Shown here one piece after another: positions 9,810 to 18,622 of a DNA stretch of 64,000 nt. Position numbers and translations under genes: made by a program. The notes beneath the pieces were generated by a model. The model ran no database searches, was not told the DNA's origin, and saw nothing but the letters and a program-made list of their open reading frames with translations. This DNA is from Halarcobacter sp. (GTDB lineage: Bacteria > Campylobacterota > Campylobacteria > Campylobacterales > Arcobacteraceae), in the NCBI GenBank assembly GCA_048571215.1, contig CP182352.1:2912001-2976000 (forward strand), in the 5' to 3' direction. Numbering within the stretch: position 1 is the first letter of the stretch; every line of letters starts with the position of its first letter.

Positions 9810-10469
9810 ATGAAAATACTATTATTAGAAGATGATTTAATATTAAATGAGATTATTGAAGAGTTTTTACAATCTCTTGATTATGATGTGTCTATTGCCT
9901 ATGATGGCAATAAAGCTTGTGAACTTGTGTATGAACAACACTTTGATTTACTCTTATTAGATGTAAATGTTCCCAACCTAAATGGTTTTGAATTTTTAAA
10001 AAATCTTAGAAAAGAGCATATTACAACTCCTGCTATTTTTTTAACCTCTTTAGATAGTATTGAAGATTTAGAAGAGGGGTTTAGTAGTGGTTGTGATGAT
10101 TATTTGAAAAAACCTTTTGAACTAAAAGAGTTAGAGCTTAGAATAAACAATATAAAAAGACTTCTACATTTAGAAGATGATGAACTTATAATTGATGATA
10201 ATATCAAATTTAATTCTAAACTTAACTATATAATCTACGATTCTTTAAAAACAAAACTTCCCTTAAAAGAAGCCCAGATTTTAAAATATCTACTTCAAAA
10301 TAAAAATAGATGTATCTCCCAAGATGAGTTATCATCTAATATTTGGTCATATGAAAGTGTCCCAACTTCATCAACTATTAGAACTTATATTAAAAATATT
10401 AGAAGAATAATAGGGGATGAGTATATAGAAACCATTAAAGGAGTTGGTTATAGATTTAACAAGAAGTGA
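9810..10469 (+). CDS. OmpR-family response regulator
   Basis: LLLEDD, LLDVNVP, DDYLKKPF, IETIKGVGYRF. Confidence 0.95.
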   Translation: MKILLLEDDLILNEIIEEFLQSLDYDVSIAYDGNKACELVYEQHFDLLLLDVNVPNLNGFEFLKNLRKEHITTPAIFLTSLDSIEDLEEGFSSGCDDYLKKPFELKELELRINNIKRLLHLEDDELIIDDNIKFNSKLNYIIYDSLKTKLPLKEAQILKYLLQNKNRCISQDELSSNIWSYESVPTSSTIRTYIKNIRRIIGDEYIETIKGVGYRFNKK

Positions 10470-11607
10470 GAAGGTAACTTTTCTTAGATTTTTGGCCCTT
10501 TACTTAGGATCATCATTTATTTTATTGCTAATTATATTTTATCTTTTTTTTAAAATAGAATCTAAATTACATTATGATTTAGTTACCTCGAATATGCAAA
10601 ATGTAGCTTCAAAGATATCTGCAAGTATTATCTATGCTCATCTTTCTGGTCAAACTATTGATACTACAAATATTGCAAAAACCATTGAGTATGATTATGG
10701 ACTTTATGATATAAACCATGTAAAACTAGCAGGAACTATAAACCATAGCTTTACTTTAAGCCAAAGAATCCAAAAAGTAAAAGATAGTTATATACTAGTT
10801 GATAGCTCCCCTAGAGGTCATTTAGGTGTTTATTATATTGCAATAAAAGAAAATATCTTAAGTGCTAAAATCGATAAGTTAATTGAAAACCTTATTTTTT
10901 ATTTTATAATTATATATTCAATTATCACTTTAGTTGGTTACTACTTAGCAAACCTATTTATAAATCCAATCATAAGCGAAAGAAAAAAACTAAACAACTT
11001 TATAAAAGATACAACCCATGAGTTAAATACTCCAATTAGTGCTATTTTGATGAGTACAGGGAAAAACGCACCACTAACAGAAAAAAATATGCAACGTATA
11101 AACTTAAGTGCAAAAAGGGTATCTGAAATATATAAAGATTTAGTTTATATCTTTTTACAAGATACAAAAAAACAACCCCTCATAAATAACAGCTCTTTAG
11201 ATGATATTATAAAAGAACAATTAGAATATTTTGATGCCTTTGCAAATAAAAAAAAGTTAAAAATCACTTGCCAACTTGAGACCACTTCTTTTCCAATAGA
11301 AAAAGAGAATTTTATTAGATTGTTTAATAACCTCTTTTCAAATGCAATCAAATATAACAAGATAGAAGGGGAAATTGATATTATTTTAAAAGATTCTAGA
11401 TTAACTATAAGGGATACTGGTATTGGAATAAAAAAAGAGTATCTAAATGATATCTTTAATAGATATTTTAGAGGAACAAAAGAGCAAGGTGGCTTTGGTT
11501 TGGGACTTAATATTGTCTACCATATTTGTAAAACCTATGGAATAAAAATAGAGGTGAAATCAGAAGAGAATAAAGGGAGTACTTTTATTTTGGATTTTAA
11601 AAGATAG
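10444..11607 (+). CDS. Sensor histidine kinase (2 TM, periplasmic loop)
   Basis: H box THELNTP, N box NLFSNAIKYN, G boxes DTGIGI and GFGLGL. Confidence 0.95.
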   Translation: MVIDLTRSEKVTFLRFLALYLGSSFILLLIIFYLFFKIESKLHYDLVTSNMQNVASKISASIIYAHLSGQTIDTTNIAKTIEYDYGLYDINHVKLAGTINHSFTLSQRIQKVKDSYILVDSSPRGHLGVYYIAIKENILSAKIDKLIENLIFYFIIIYSIITLVGYYLANLFINPIISERKKLNNFIKDTTHELNTPISAILMSTGKNAPLTEKNMQRINLSAKRVSEIYKDLVYIFLQDTKKQPLINNSSLDDIIKEQLEYFDAFANKKKLKITCQLETTSFPIEKENFIRLFNNLFSNAIKYNKIEGEIDIILKDSRLTIRDTGIGIKKEYLNDIFNRYFRGTKEQGGFGLGLNIVYHICKTYGIKIEVKSEENKGSTFILDFKR

Positions 11608-11625
11608 AAGAGAATCTTCTATCTT
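11601..11625. terminator. Hairpin between convergent kinase and proA
   Basis: AAGATAGAAGA-GAA-TCTTCTATCTT. Confidence 0.65.
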
Positions 11626-12851
11626 ATTTGACCATTTCCATACACTTTATATTTAAAAGTAGTTAAGTCATTTATACCCATAGGACCCCTTGAGTGAAGT
11701 TTATTTGTTGAGATACCAACCTCAGCACCAAGCCCAAAAGCTCCACCATCTGTAAACCTTGTACTTGCATTTGCATAAACACAAGCTGCATCAACCTCAT
11801 TTAAAAATTTATTTACAGCTGAGTAGTTTTCACTAATAATTGCTTCAGAATGACCTGAACCATATTTACCTATATGAAAAATTGCTTCATTTATATTATC
11901 TACTACTTTTATATTTAAAGTATTTGCTAGATATTCTGTATCGTAGTCCTCATGACTTGCACACTGAATATCAATAATTTTTCTTGATTCGTTACACCCT
12001 TTTAGCTCTGTTCCATATCCAACAAAAGCTTCATGTAATGGTGGTAAAAGATATGTTGCCACATCTTTATGCAATAATAAAGTCTCCATTGCATTACATA
12101 CACCTGGTCTTTGTACTTTTGCATTTATTGCAATCTTTATTGCTTTGTCTGGATTTGCATCTTTATCAATATATATATGGCATAAACCCTTATCATGTTT
12201 TACTACAGGAATAGTTGAGTTTTCACTTACATACCTAATTAAAGCTTCTCCACCTCTTGGAACAATCAAATCCACATATTTATCTTGTTTAATTAGATTT
12301 GCTACACCCTCTCTGCTTGAATCAGGAAGTAAAGATATAGCTTGTTCAGGAAGTTTATTTTTTGCTAATACATGTCTTAAAACGTTTGCAATAGCTTTAT
12401 TTGAATGTTCAGCTTCTTTTCCACCTTTTAGTACACAAACATTTCCACTTTTAAAACATAAAGCTGCTGTATCACTTGTAACATTTGGTCTACTCTCATA
12501 TATAATACCAATAACACCAATAGGTATAGATACTTTTTGAATATTTAAACCATTTTCAGTTACCCAACCATCGAGTGTTCTACCAACTGGTTCTTTCAAT
12601 GATGCAATTTCTCTAATTGCATTTGCCATATCAACAATCCGATCACCGGTTAATAATAATCTATCTAATAAGGCTTCATCTAGATTACCTAGTCTTCCAA
12701 CACTCATATCTTTTTCATTATTGCTTACAATAAAATCACAATGTTCTATAAGTGCATCAGCCATCTCATTTAAGACTCTGTTTTTAACTTCTCCACTTAA
12801 AGTTGCAATCTCTTTACTAATTTTTTTTGACTCTTCTAAAAACTGTTGCAT
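11619..12851 (-). CDS. proA: Gamma-glutamyl phosphate reductase
   Basis: GIIYESRPNVT, VCNAMETLL, NASTRFTDG, STNKLHSRGPMG. Confidence 0.97.
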   Translation of the reverse strand: MQQFLEESKKISKEIATLSGEVKNRVLNEMADALIEHCDFIVSNNEKDMSVGRLGNLDEALLDRLLLTGDRIVDMANAIREIASLKEPVGRTLDGWVTENGLNIQKVSIPIGVIGIIYESRPNVTSDTAALCFKSGNVCVLKGGKEAEHSNKAIANVLRHVLAKNKLPEQAISLLPDSSREGVANLIKQDKYVDLIVPRGGEALIRYVSENSTIPVVKHDKGLCHIYIDKDANPDKAIKIAINAKVQRPGVCNAMETLLLHKDVATYLLPPLHEAFVGYGTELKGCNESRKIIDIQCASHEDYDTEYLANTLNIKVVDNINEAIFHIGKYGSGHSEAIISENYSAVNKFLNEVDAACVYANASTRFTDGGAFGLGAEVGISTNKLHSRGPMGINDLTTFKYKVYGNGQIR

Positions 12852-12941
12852 TGATTATCCTATCAAAATTCAATATTGGGTAATTTTATCTAAAAAAATC
12901 TTTTTTTAACAAGATAGGAGGGTATATGTGTAGATTATTTT

Positions 12942-12965
12942 TAGTAGTAGAGAGTTCTACTACTA
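12942..12965. terminator. Hairpin downstream of trxA
   Basis: TAGTAGTAGA-GAGT-TCTACTACTA; lacks a U-tract in the trxA direction. Confidence 0.5.
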
Positions 12966-12969
12966 TTTT

Positions 12970-13287
12970 TTATGCTAATGAATTTAATTTATCAGCTAGT
13001 GCTTGTTTTGATTGAGCACCAATAACTTGATCTACAACTTCTCCATCTTTCATAAATAAAATTGTTGGAACTGATCTAACACCATATTTTACTGCTAAAT
13101 CTTGTTGTTCATCTGTGTTTACTTTACAAATATTTGCTTTACCATCAAAATCTCCTGCTAACTCGTCGATAACGGGAGCAATCATTCTACAAGGTCCACA
13201 CCAAGGAGCCCAAAAGTCAACTAAAGATAATCCATTATTTACTGTTTCATCAAAATTTTCTGCTGTTAATTCTATATATTTTCCCAT
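12970..13287 (-). CDS. trxA: Thioredoxin
   Basis: DFWAPWCGPC active site, 105 aa. Confidence 0.97.
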   Translation of the reverse strand: MGKYIELTAENFDETVNNGLSLVDFWAPWCGPCRMIAPVIDELAGDFDGKANICKVNTDEQQDLAVKYGVRSVPTILFMKDGEVVDQVIGAQSKQALADKLNSLA

Positions 13288-13318
13288 ATTATTTTCCTTT
13301 TAAATTTTAAGTGGTTGA

Positions 13319-13390
13319 ATAATAGCCTAATAGGATATTTTTGTCAAGTATGTACCAAAAAGTTATATAGGAACTTTAAGGTAACTATAA
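13319..13390 (-). promoter_or_regulatory. trxA sigma70 promoter plus upstream HxlR-type box
   Basis: Minus strand TTGACA-N17-TATTAT; + strand CAAGTATGTACCAAAAAG resembles the boxes at 14810 and 15292. Confidence 0.6.
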
Positions 13391-13428
13391 AACTCTCTGA
13401 TGTACTATAAAAATAGAAAAGGATTATT

Positions 13429-13785
13429 ATGGAAGTTAAATCTTATGGCTGTTTTTTTCAACTAGCAACTGATATTATTGGTGGTAAATGGAAAGGGATG
13501 GTTCTTTGGGCACTAAAAAAAGGTGTTAAAAGAAATGGTGAATTAAGAAAAATTATTCCTAAAATTAGTCAGAAAATGTTAACTCAACAACTTCGTGAAC
13601 TAGAAGATGCAGGAATTGTGCAAAGAATAGTGTATCAAGAGATTCCTCCAAAGGTTGAGTATAAACTCACCTCTTTTGGAGAAAAATTGATCCCTATACT
13701 GCAAGAGTTGCATGACTGGGGTAAAGAGTATGCACTAAACTACAATATAGAGATTGTAAAAGATGCAAACTGTGAGATAGATTAG
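13429..13785 (+). CDS. HxlR-family (MarR/DUF24) transcriptional regulator
   Basis: C..IIGGKWK, ISQKMLTQQLRELE, PPKVEYKLT. Confidence 0.93.
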   Translation: MEVKSYGCFFQLATDIIGGKWKGMVLWALKKGVKRNGELRKIIPKISQKMLTQQLRELEDAGIVQRIVYQEIPPKVEYKLTSFGEKLIPILQELHDWGKEYALNYNIEIVKDANCEID

Positions 13786-14756
13786 ATTTTAACTAAATAT
13801 CTCCCTGATGCTTTACCTTCTAATAAGTTGGTATAAGCATCTTTTATCTCTTCCATTGATATCTCATTTGTCAATGTCTCTAAAGTATCAATTTTAAAAT
13901 CGCTTGCTATTTTTTCCCATGCTGCTATTTTTTTCTCAATTTTTGCTTCAACTGAGTCAATTCCAATAAGTCTTACACCTCTTAAAATAAATGGAAATAC
14001 ATTTGTAGGTAGTTCAAAAGATGAAGTTAAACCACAACAAGTTGCAACACCATCATATTTTACTATTTTTAATGCTTCTGCTAAAATATTTCCACCAACT
14101 GTGTCAATAACACCATCATACTTTTCACTACCCATTGGTCTTTTATTTTCAACATCAAAATCTTTTCGTAAAATAACCTCTTTTGCACCAAGCTCTTTTA
14201 AGAATGGAATTTTATTTTCTTTTCCAGATATTGCAGTAACATTAAATCCAAGTTTACTTAAAATAGATACAGCAATACTTCCAACTCCACCAGTAGCACC
14301 AGTTACCAATACATCTCCACTTGTTATACCATTGTTTAATAACTCATTTACACTTAATGCAGCCGTTAATCCAGCTGTTCCATAAGTCATAATCTCTTTA
14401 TCACTAATACCATCTGGAAGTTTAACTACCCATGATGCAGGTACTTTTACATATTCACTATGACCACCATTTGTGTTCATCCCAAAATCATAACCAGTTA
14501 CTAATACTTTTTCCCCTTTTGAAAAACTATCAGAATTACTCTCTTCAACGATTCCAGCTACATCAATTCCTGTTACATGAGGAAATACTTTTGTAACTCC
14601 TGGATTTCCAACTGAACTTAAAGCATCTTTGAAGTTAAGCGATGAATATGTTGCTTTTATTAAAACTTCATTTTCTTCTATTGTTGGGATATCAATCTCT
14701 TTTAAACCTGATTCAAATTTTTTATCTTCTATTTTTTCTACTATATATGCTTTCAT
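13782..14756 (-). CDS. YhdH/YhfP (AcuI-like) NADPH quinone oxidoreductase, MDR family
   Basis: YSSLNFKDAL, GTAGLTAAL, VTGATGGVGS, PFILRGV..GIDSV. Confidence 0.93.
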   Translation of the reverse strand: MKAYIVEKIEDKKFESGLKEIDIPTIEENEVLIKATYSSLNFKDALSSVGNPGVTKVFPHVTGIDVAGIVEESNSDSFSKGEKVLVTGYDFGMNTNGGHSEYVKVPASWVVKLPDGISDKEIMTYGTAGLTAALSVNELLNNGITSGDVLVTGATGGVGSIAVSILSKLGFNVTAISGKENKIPFLKELGAKEVILRKDFDVENKRPMGSEKYDGVIDTVGGNILAEALKIVKYDGVATCCGLTSSFELPTNVFPFILRGVRLIGIDSVEAKIEKKIAAWEKIASDFKIDTLETLTNEISMEEIKDAYTNLLEGKASGRYLVKI

Positions 14757-14783
14757 TTTAATCCTTTTATTTACTTTATTGAA

Positions 14784-14850
14784 ACTTTAGCTGAAATTAT
14801 ACAAAAATGCAAGAACTTACAAAAAAGAAATGTACTATCTAAAAAGATAC
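14784..14850 (-). promoter_or_regulatory. yhdH promoter and conserved 41-bp HxlR-type box
   Basis: Minus strand TTGCAT-N17-TAAAGT; box 14810-14850 closely matches 15292-15332. Confidence 0.65.
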
Positions 14851-14852
14851 CA

Positions 14853-15235
14853 CTACCATTTTGTATGTGTTAATTCACATTGAATCATCTCACCTCTTTT
14901 AGCAGGTGTTTGAGGATTTTTTGCTGATTCACACAATAATGTTGTTCCATAATCGTTTCTTTTATCATTTGCATTACTTCTTGCCCAAACCGATACTATA
15001 GCTCGCTCTTCTGGTTTTGCTTCACACTTTCCATCAACTTCAAAAGCATGGATTGTATTTTGGTGAAAATACATAAGTGGATCTTTTTTGTAACTACTAT
15101 CTAGCCACATATCATGCTCATGTGCTTGTCCTGAATCAAATTGAACTTTTCTCATTTTGTCAGTTACTTCTACAGTTTTTAATAAAGGTGAGTCTTCTCT
15201 TATAGCAAAGCTTTTAAAACCTTTACATATCTCAT
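14853..15235 (-). pseudogene. Unknown ~127 aa protein with a frameshift near the 5' end
   Basis: RBS AAGGAG plus ATG at 15235 stops after 11 codons; a one-base shift joins the open frame leading into the 14853-15155 ORF. Confidence 0.6.
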
Positions 15236-15265
15236 ATTCACTCCTTTTAAAGTTAACATTTGGAA

Positions 15266-15332
15266 AGTTTAGTTAAAATGTTTCAAAAGGTCAAGAACTT
15301 ACTAAAAGTAAATGTACTTGCTAAAATGATAC
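15266..15332 (-). promoter_or_regulatory. Promoter of unknown gene and conserved HxlR-type box
   Basis: Minus strand TTGACC-N17-TAAACT; + strand CAAGAACTTACTAAAAGTAAATGTACTTGCTAAAATGATAC. Confidence 0.65.
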
Positions 15333-15345
15333 TATGGAGTGTACA

Positions 15346-15693
15346 ATGACTAAAAGAATCGAAAAAGATTTTCAAGAAAATATTGAAAAATGTCCTGTAG
15401 AAACAGCACTTGATGCCTTAGCTGGTAAATGGAAAATACTAATTTTGTGGTATTTAAGAGCTGAGACAAAAAGATTTAGTGAATTACAAAAACTTCTTCC
15501 AAGAACAACACAAAAGATGTTAATACAAAAGTTAAGAGAGTTAGAAGATGATGGAATAGTTCATCGTGAAGTTTATCCAGTGGTTCCACCTAAGGTTGAA
15601 TATTCCCTAACAGAATATGGAAAAACACTAAAACCTATATTAAAACAGATGTATTTATGGGGTGAGATTCATAAAGATAAGTTTGATAAATAA
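15346..15693 (+). CDS. HxlR-family transcriptional regulator (second paralog)
   Basis: [40 protein letters not shown] precedes ATG 15346. Confidence 0.93.
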   Translation: MTKRIEKDFQENIEKCPVETALDALAGKWKILILWYLRAETKRFSELQKLLPRTTQKMLIQKLRELEDDGIVHREVYPVVPPKVEYSLTEYGKTLKPILKQMYLWGEIHKDKFDK

Positions 15694-16386
15694 TCAAAGC
15701 TCTTTTTGTTTTAAAAAGAAATATACAATGGCACTAAGTCCTGCACTTGATAAAACCATAGTCATAATCATGATTTGATACCTAACAGCTATTAGTGGAT
15801 CAACACCTGATAGTATTTGTCCTGTCATCATACCAGGCAGAGAAACTAAACCAACAGCTAAAAGGGCATTTACTTGAGGTATAAGACAAGCTTTAAAAGC
15901 CATTTTTCTTGACTCTACAAAATTTTCAGTTCGATTATACTCTTTTTCATATCTCTCAATTGCCAAAGATAAAGCAGTCATAGTATTTGCAAATATCATC
16001 CCAGCTATTGGGATTACAAATCTTGGTTCATATAGTTCTTCTAATGGCAAGACAAAACCTACAATTATAATTAGATTAATCCCACCAGAAACTGTAATTG
16101 AAAAGAATATTTGAAAGTAATGTGACAAAGTTTTATTTATAGTATTTCTTAAACTTATCCAAGAAGAAACACTTATCATAAAGATTAAAATTCCTATTCC
16201 AACAAAGATATTTTTCTCTTCAAATATATAAAGAAGTAAATAACCTATTAAAACTAATTGTAGAACCATTCTAAAAGTTGAGATTAGAACCTCATACTTG
16301 TCATCTGTCCACTTTTTATAAAAATACCAAACTAAAATTAATGGAATAAAGGTGATTAATAAGTTTATAAAAGGTATTGTTTTCAT
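15694..16386 (-). CDS. UPF0014 (FetB/YbbM-like) ABC permease
   Basis: RMVLQLVLIGY, IPIAGMIFAN, VGLVSLPGMMTGQILSGVDPLIAVRYQI. Confidence 0.9.
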   Translation of the reverse strand: MKTIPFINLLITFIPLILVWYFYKKWTDDKYEVLISTFRMVLQLVLIGYLLLYIFEEKNIFVGIGILIFMISVSSWISLRNTINKTLSHYFQIFFSITVSGGINLIIIVGFVLPLEELYEPRFVIPIAGMIFANTMTALSLAIERYEKEYNRTENFVESRKMAFKACLIPQVNALLAVGLVSLPGMMTGQILSGVDPLIAVRYQIMIMTMVLSSAGLSAIVYFFLKQKEL

Positions 16387-17276
16387 TAATTTTTTAATAA
16401 ATCTTTTAAACTATCTTGTGGATTTTTCCCATCAAGTACAAGTTTAACCTCTTTTGCAATAGGAGTATAAATATTTTGCTCTGTTGACAACTTATATATA
16501 GCTTCAGCAGTTTTAACCCCCTCTGCTACTTCTCCCAACTCTATTAAAATATCTTCTAAAGTTTTATTTTGTGCTAACCATAAACCAACTCTATAGTTTC
16601 TACTTAAAGTTGAACTTGCAGTCAAAAAAAGATCCCCTGCTCCACTAAGCCCCACAAAAGATGATTTCTTTGCTCCAAAATGTTTACCAAATCTTTGCAT
16701 CTCAACTAATCCTCTTGAGATTAAAGATGCCCTTGCATTATTTCCTAAGTTCAAACCATCACAAATTCCACTTGCGATTGCAAGTACATTTTTATATGCT
16801 CCTGCAACTTCTGCTCCAATTACATCTTTTGAGTAGTAGGTTTTTAAAAAATCTGGGAAAAATGGTGCAAACTCATTATAAAGTTTTTTTGATTTTGAGT
16901 TTATTACTATCGCTGCAGGTAAGGCTTTCATAACCTCTGTTGCAAAAGAAGGTCCTGATATAAAACCTATATTTTTATTTGGAACATATTCTCCATATAT
17001 CTCATTTAAAAACTCCCCTGTTGTTGCTTCTATCCCTTTTGCTGCCACTAAAATCTTTTGGTTTTTAAATTTAAAATTGTTTTTTAGCCAATCTCTTACC
17101 TCTTGAGCTGGAATAGCTATTATTAAATATTCACAATTTAAAGCGGTATCTAAATCTGTAAAGTTTTTTATATCTCTAATTGTTCTAGAAGTTATTAAGA
17201 CCTCTTGCTTTTGTGATAAAGCAAAATGTAATGCTTGCCCCCATTTCCCTGCACCAATTACTGCAATTTTAGCCAT
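16386..17276 (-). CDS. gpsA: NAD(P)H-dependent glycerol-3-phosphate dehydrogenase
   Basis: GAGKWG, SGPSFA, GAYKNVLAIA, GDLFLT, SRNY; start taken at MAKIAV. Confidence 0.96.
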   Translation of the reverse strand: MAKIAVIGAGKWGQALHFALSQKQEVLITSRTIRDIKNFTDLDTALNCEYLIIAIPAQEVRDWLKNNFKFKNQKILVAAKGIEATTGEFLNEIYGEYVPNKNIGFISGPSFATEVMKALPAAIVINSKSKKLYNEFAPFFPDFLKTYYSKDVIGAEVAGAYKNVLAIASGICDGLNLGNNARASLISRGLVEMQRFGKHFGAKKSSFVGLSGAGDLFLTASSTLSRNYRVGLWLAQNKTLEDILIELGEVAEGVKTAEAIYKLSTEQNIYTPIAKEVKLVLDGKNPQDSLKDLLKN

Positions 17277-17400
17277 AAACAACCTTTTCATTATCTAATT
17301 ATTAAATGATATTATCAAAAAAATCCTTTCTTGATAATATATTTCATGCCATTATTATAAATATTTTATCTATATTTTTCTTTATTTAAGTGCTTTTTTA

Positions 17401-17416
17401 AGTTGTGTATGCAACT
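17401..17416. promoter_or_regulatory. Palindromic operator upstream of the MFS gene
   Basis: AGTTG-TGTATG-CAACT. Confidence 0.45.
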
Positions 17417-17478
17417 ATTACACTCTTATTTATCTTTCTAGCAAGAAATATATTACACTTTATAAAATTGGATACAAA

Positions 17479-18609
17479 ATGAAAAATAAAAAATTAGGTA
17501 GAAATATAACTATTTTGGCAGTATTTTTGGCATTTATGGGGATGGGTGTTGTAGATCCCATATTACCAGATATAGCTAAAAAGCTGGGAGCAAACCATTG
17601 GCAGATTGAAATGTTGTTTAGTTCTTATATCTTGATGATGGCATTTATGATGTTACCAGCAGGAATACTTGCAACAAAATTTGGAGATAAAAATATAATG
17701 GTTATAGGTTTAGGTTCAGTTGCTCTTTTTTCAACTCTTTGTGCTTTTTCAGGTTCTATACTTGACTTATCTCTATTTCGTGCAGGTTGGGGATTTTCAA
17801 ATGCATTATTCTTCTCTACTGCTTTAATTATCTTAATAGTTTTATCGGATGAATATCATGAAGCTGTTGGATATTTTGAGGGCTCTATTGGTATAGGGAT
17901 ATCAGCTGGTCCCCTACTTGGTGGTTTTTTAGGAGAGCACTCATGGAGATACCCATTTTTAGCAACGGGTTTACTTGCACTTTGTGCTTTCTTTGCTGTA
18001 TTATTTTTTGTAAAAGTGCCTAAAAGTAAAGACAAAAGAAAGACCGTTAGCTTTAGTGATTTAAAACAATTATTTACAAATAAGAAATTTATAATCATAT
18101 CAATATCTGCCATGTTATATTTTTATGGTTTTATTGTAATCTTAGCTTACTCACCCTTGGTTGTAAACTTAAATCCAATAGAGATGGGCCTACTGTTTTT
18201 TGCCTGGGGCTTGGCATTAGCTGCTGGGTCAATAATCATCAGTACAAAATTAGAACAGTTTTACAAAGTTAAAAATATTGTTCCTGTTACCATATTTATT
18301 TTTGCTCTTATTCAATTAATAATACTGAATGTAGAATCTAAAGCCTTGATGAGTATGTTGATAATATTTTCTGGACTCTTATCTGGTATAAACAACTCCT
18401 TACTTACCTCTTATGTTATGGAAGTACAATTTGAAAAAAATATAATATCTGGGGGATTTAATTTTCTAAGATGGACTGGGGCAGCTACGGCACCAGTTTT
18501 ATCTGGGTTTATAGCTCAAAGCTTTAATAATATGCACCTACCATTTTTAGTTGCTGCAATATTATCTATAATCTCTTTTGTTCTATTATTTAATCTAAGA
18601 AAAGCCTAA
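17479..18609 (+). CDS. MFS drug/metal efflux transporter (DHA1, YfmO-like)
   Basis: ~12 TM segments; FMGMGVVDPILP, GPLLGGFLG..SWRYPF. Confidence 0.88.
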   Translation: MKNKKLGRNITILAVFLAFMGMGVVDPILPDIAKKLGANHWQIEMLFSSYILMMAFMMLPAGILATKFGDKNIMVIGLGSVALFSTLCAFSGSILDLSLFRAGWGFSNALFFSTALIILIVLSDEYHEAVGYFEGSIGIGISAGPLLGGFLGEHSWRYPFLATGLLALCAFFAVLFFVKVPKSKDKRKTVSFSDLKQLFTNKKFIIISISAMLYFYGFIVILAYSPLVVNLNPIEMGLLFFAWGLALAAGSIIISTKLEQFYKVKNIVPVTIFIFALIQLIILNVESKALMSMLIIFSGLLSGINNSLLTSYVMEVQFEKNIISGGFNFLRWTGAATAPVLSGFIAQSFNNMHLPFLVAAILSIISFVLLFNLRKA

Positions 18610-18622
18610 AAGGCTTCTCTTT
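18598..18622. terminator. Hairpin between convergent MFS and gatB
   Basis: AGAAAAGCCT-AAA-AGGCTTCTCT followed by T. Confidence 0.55.
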
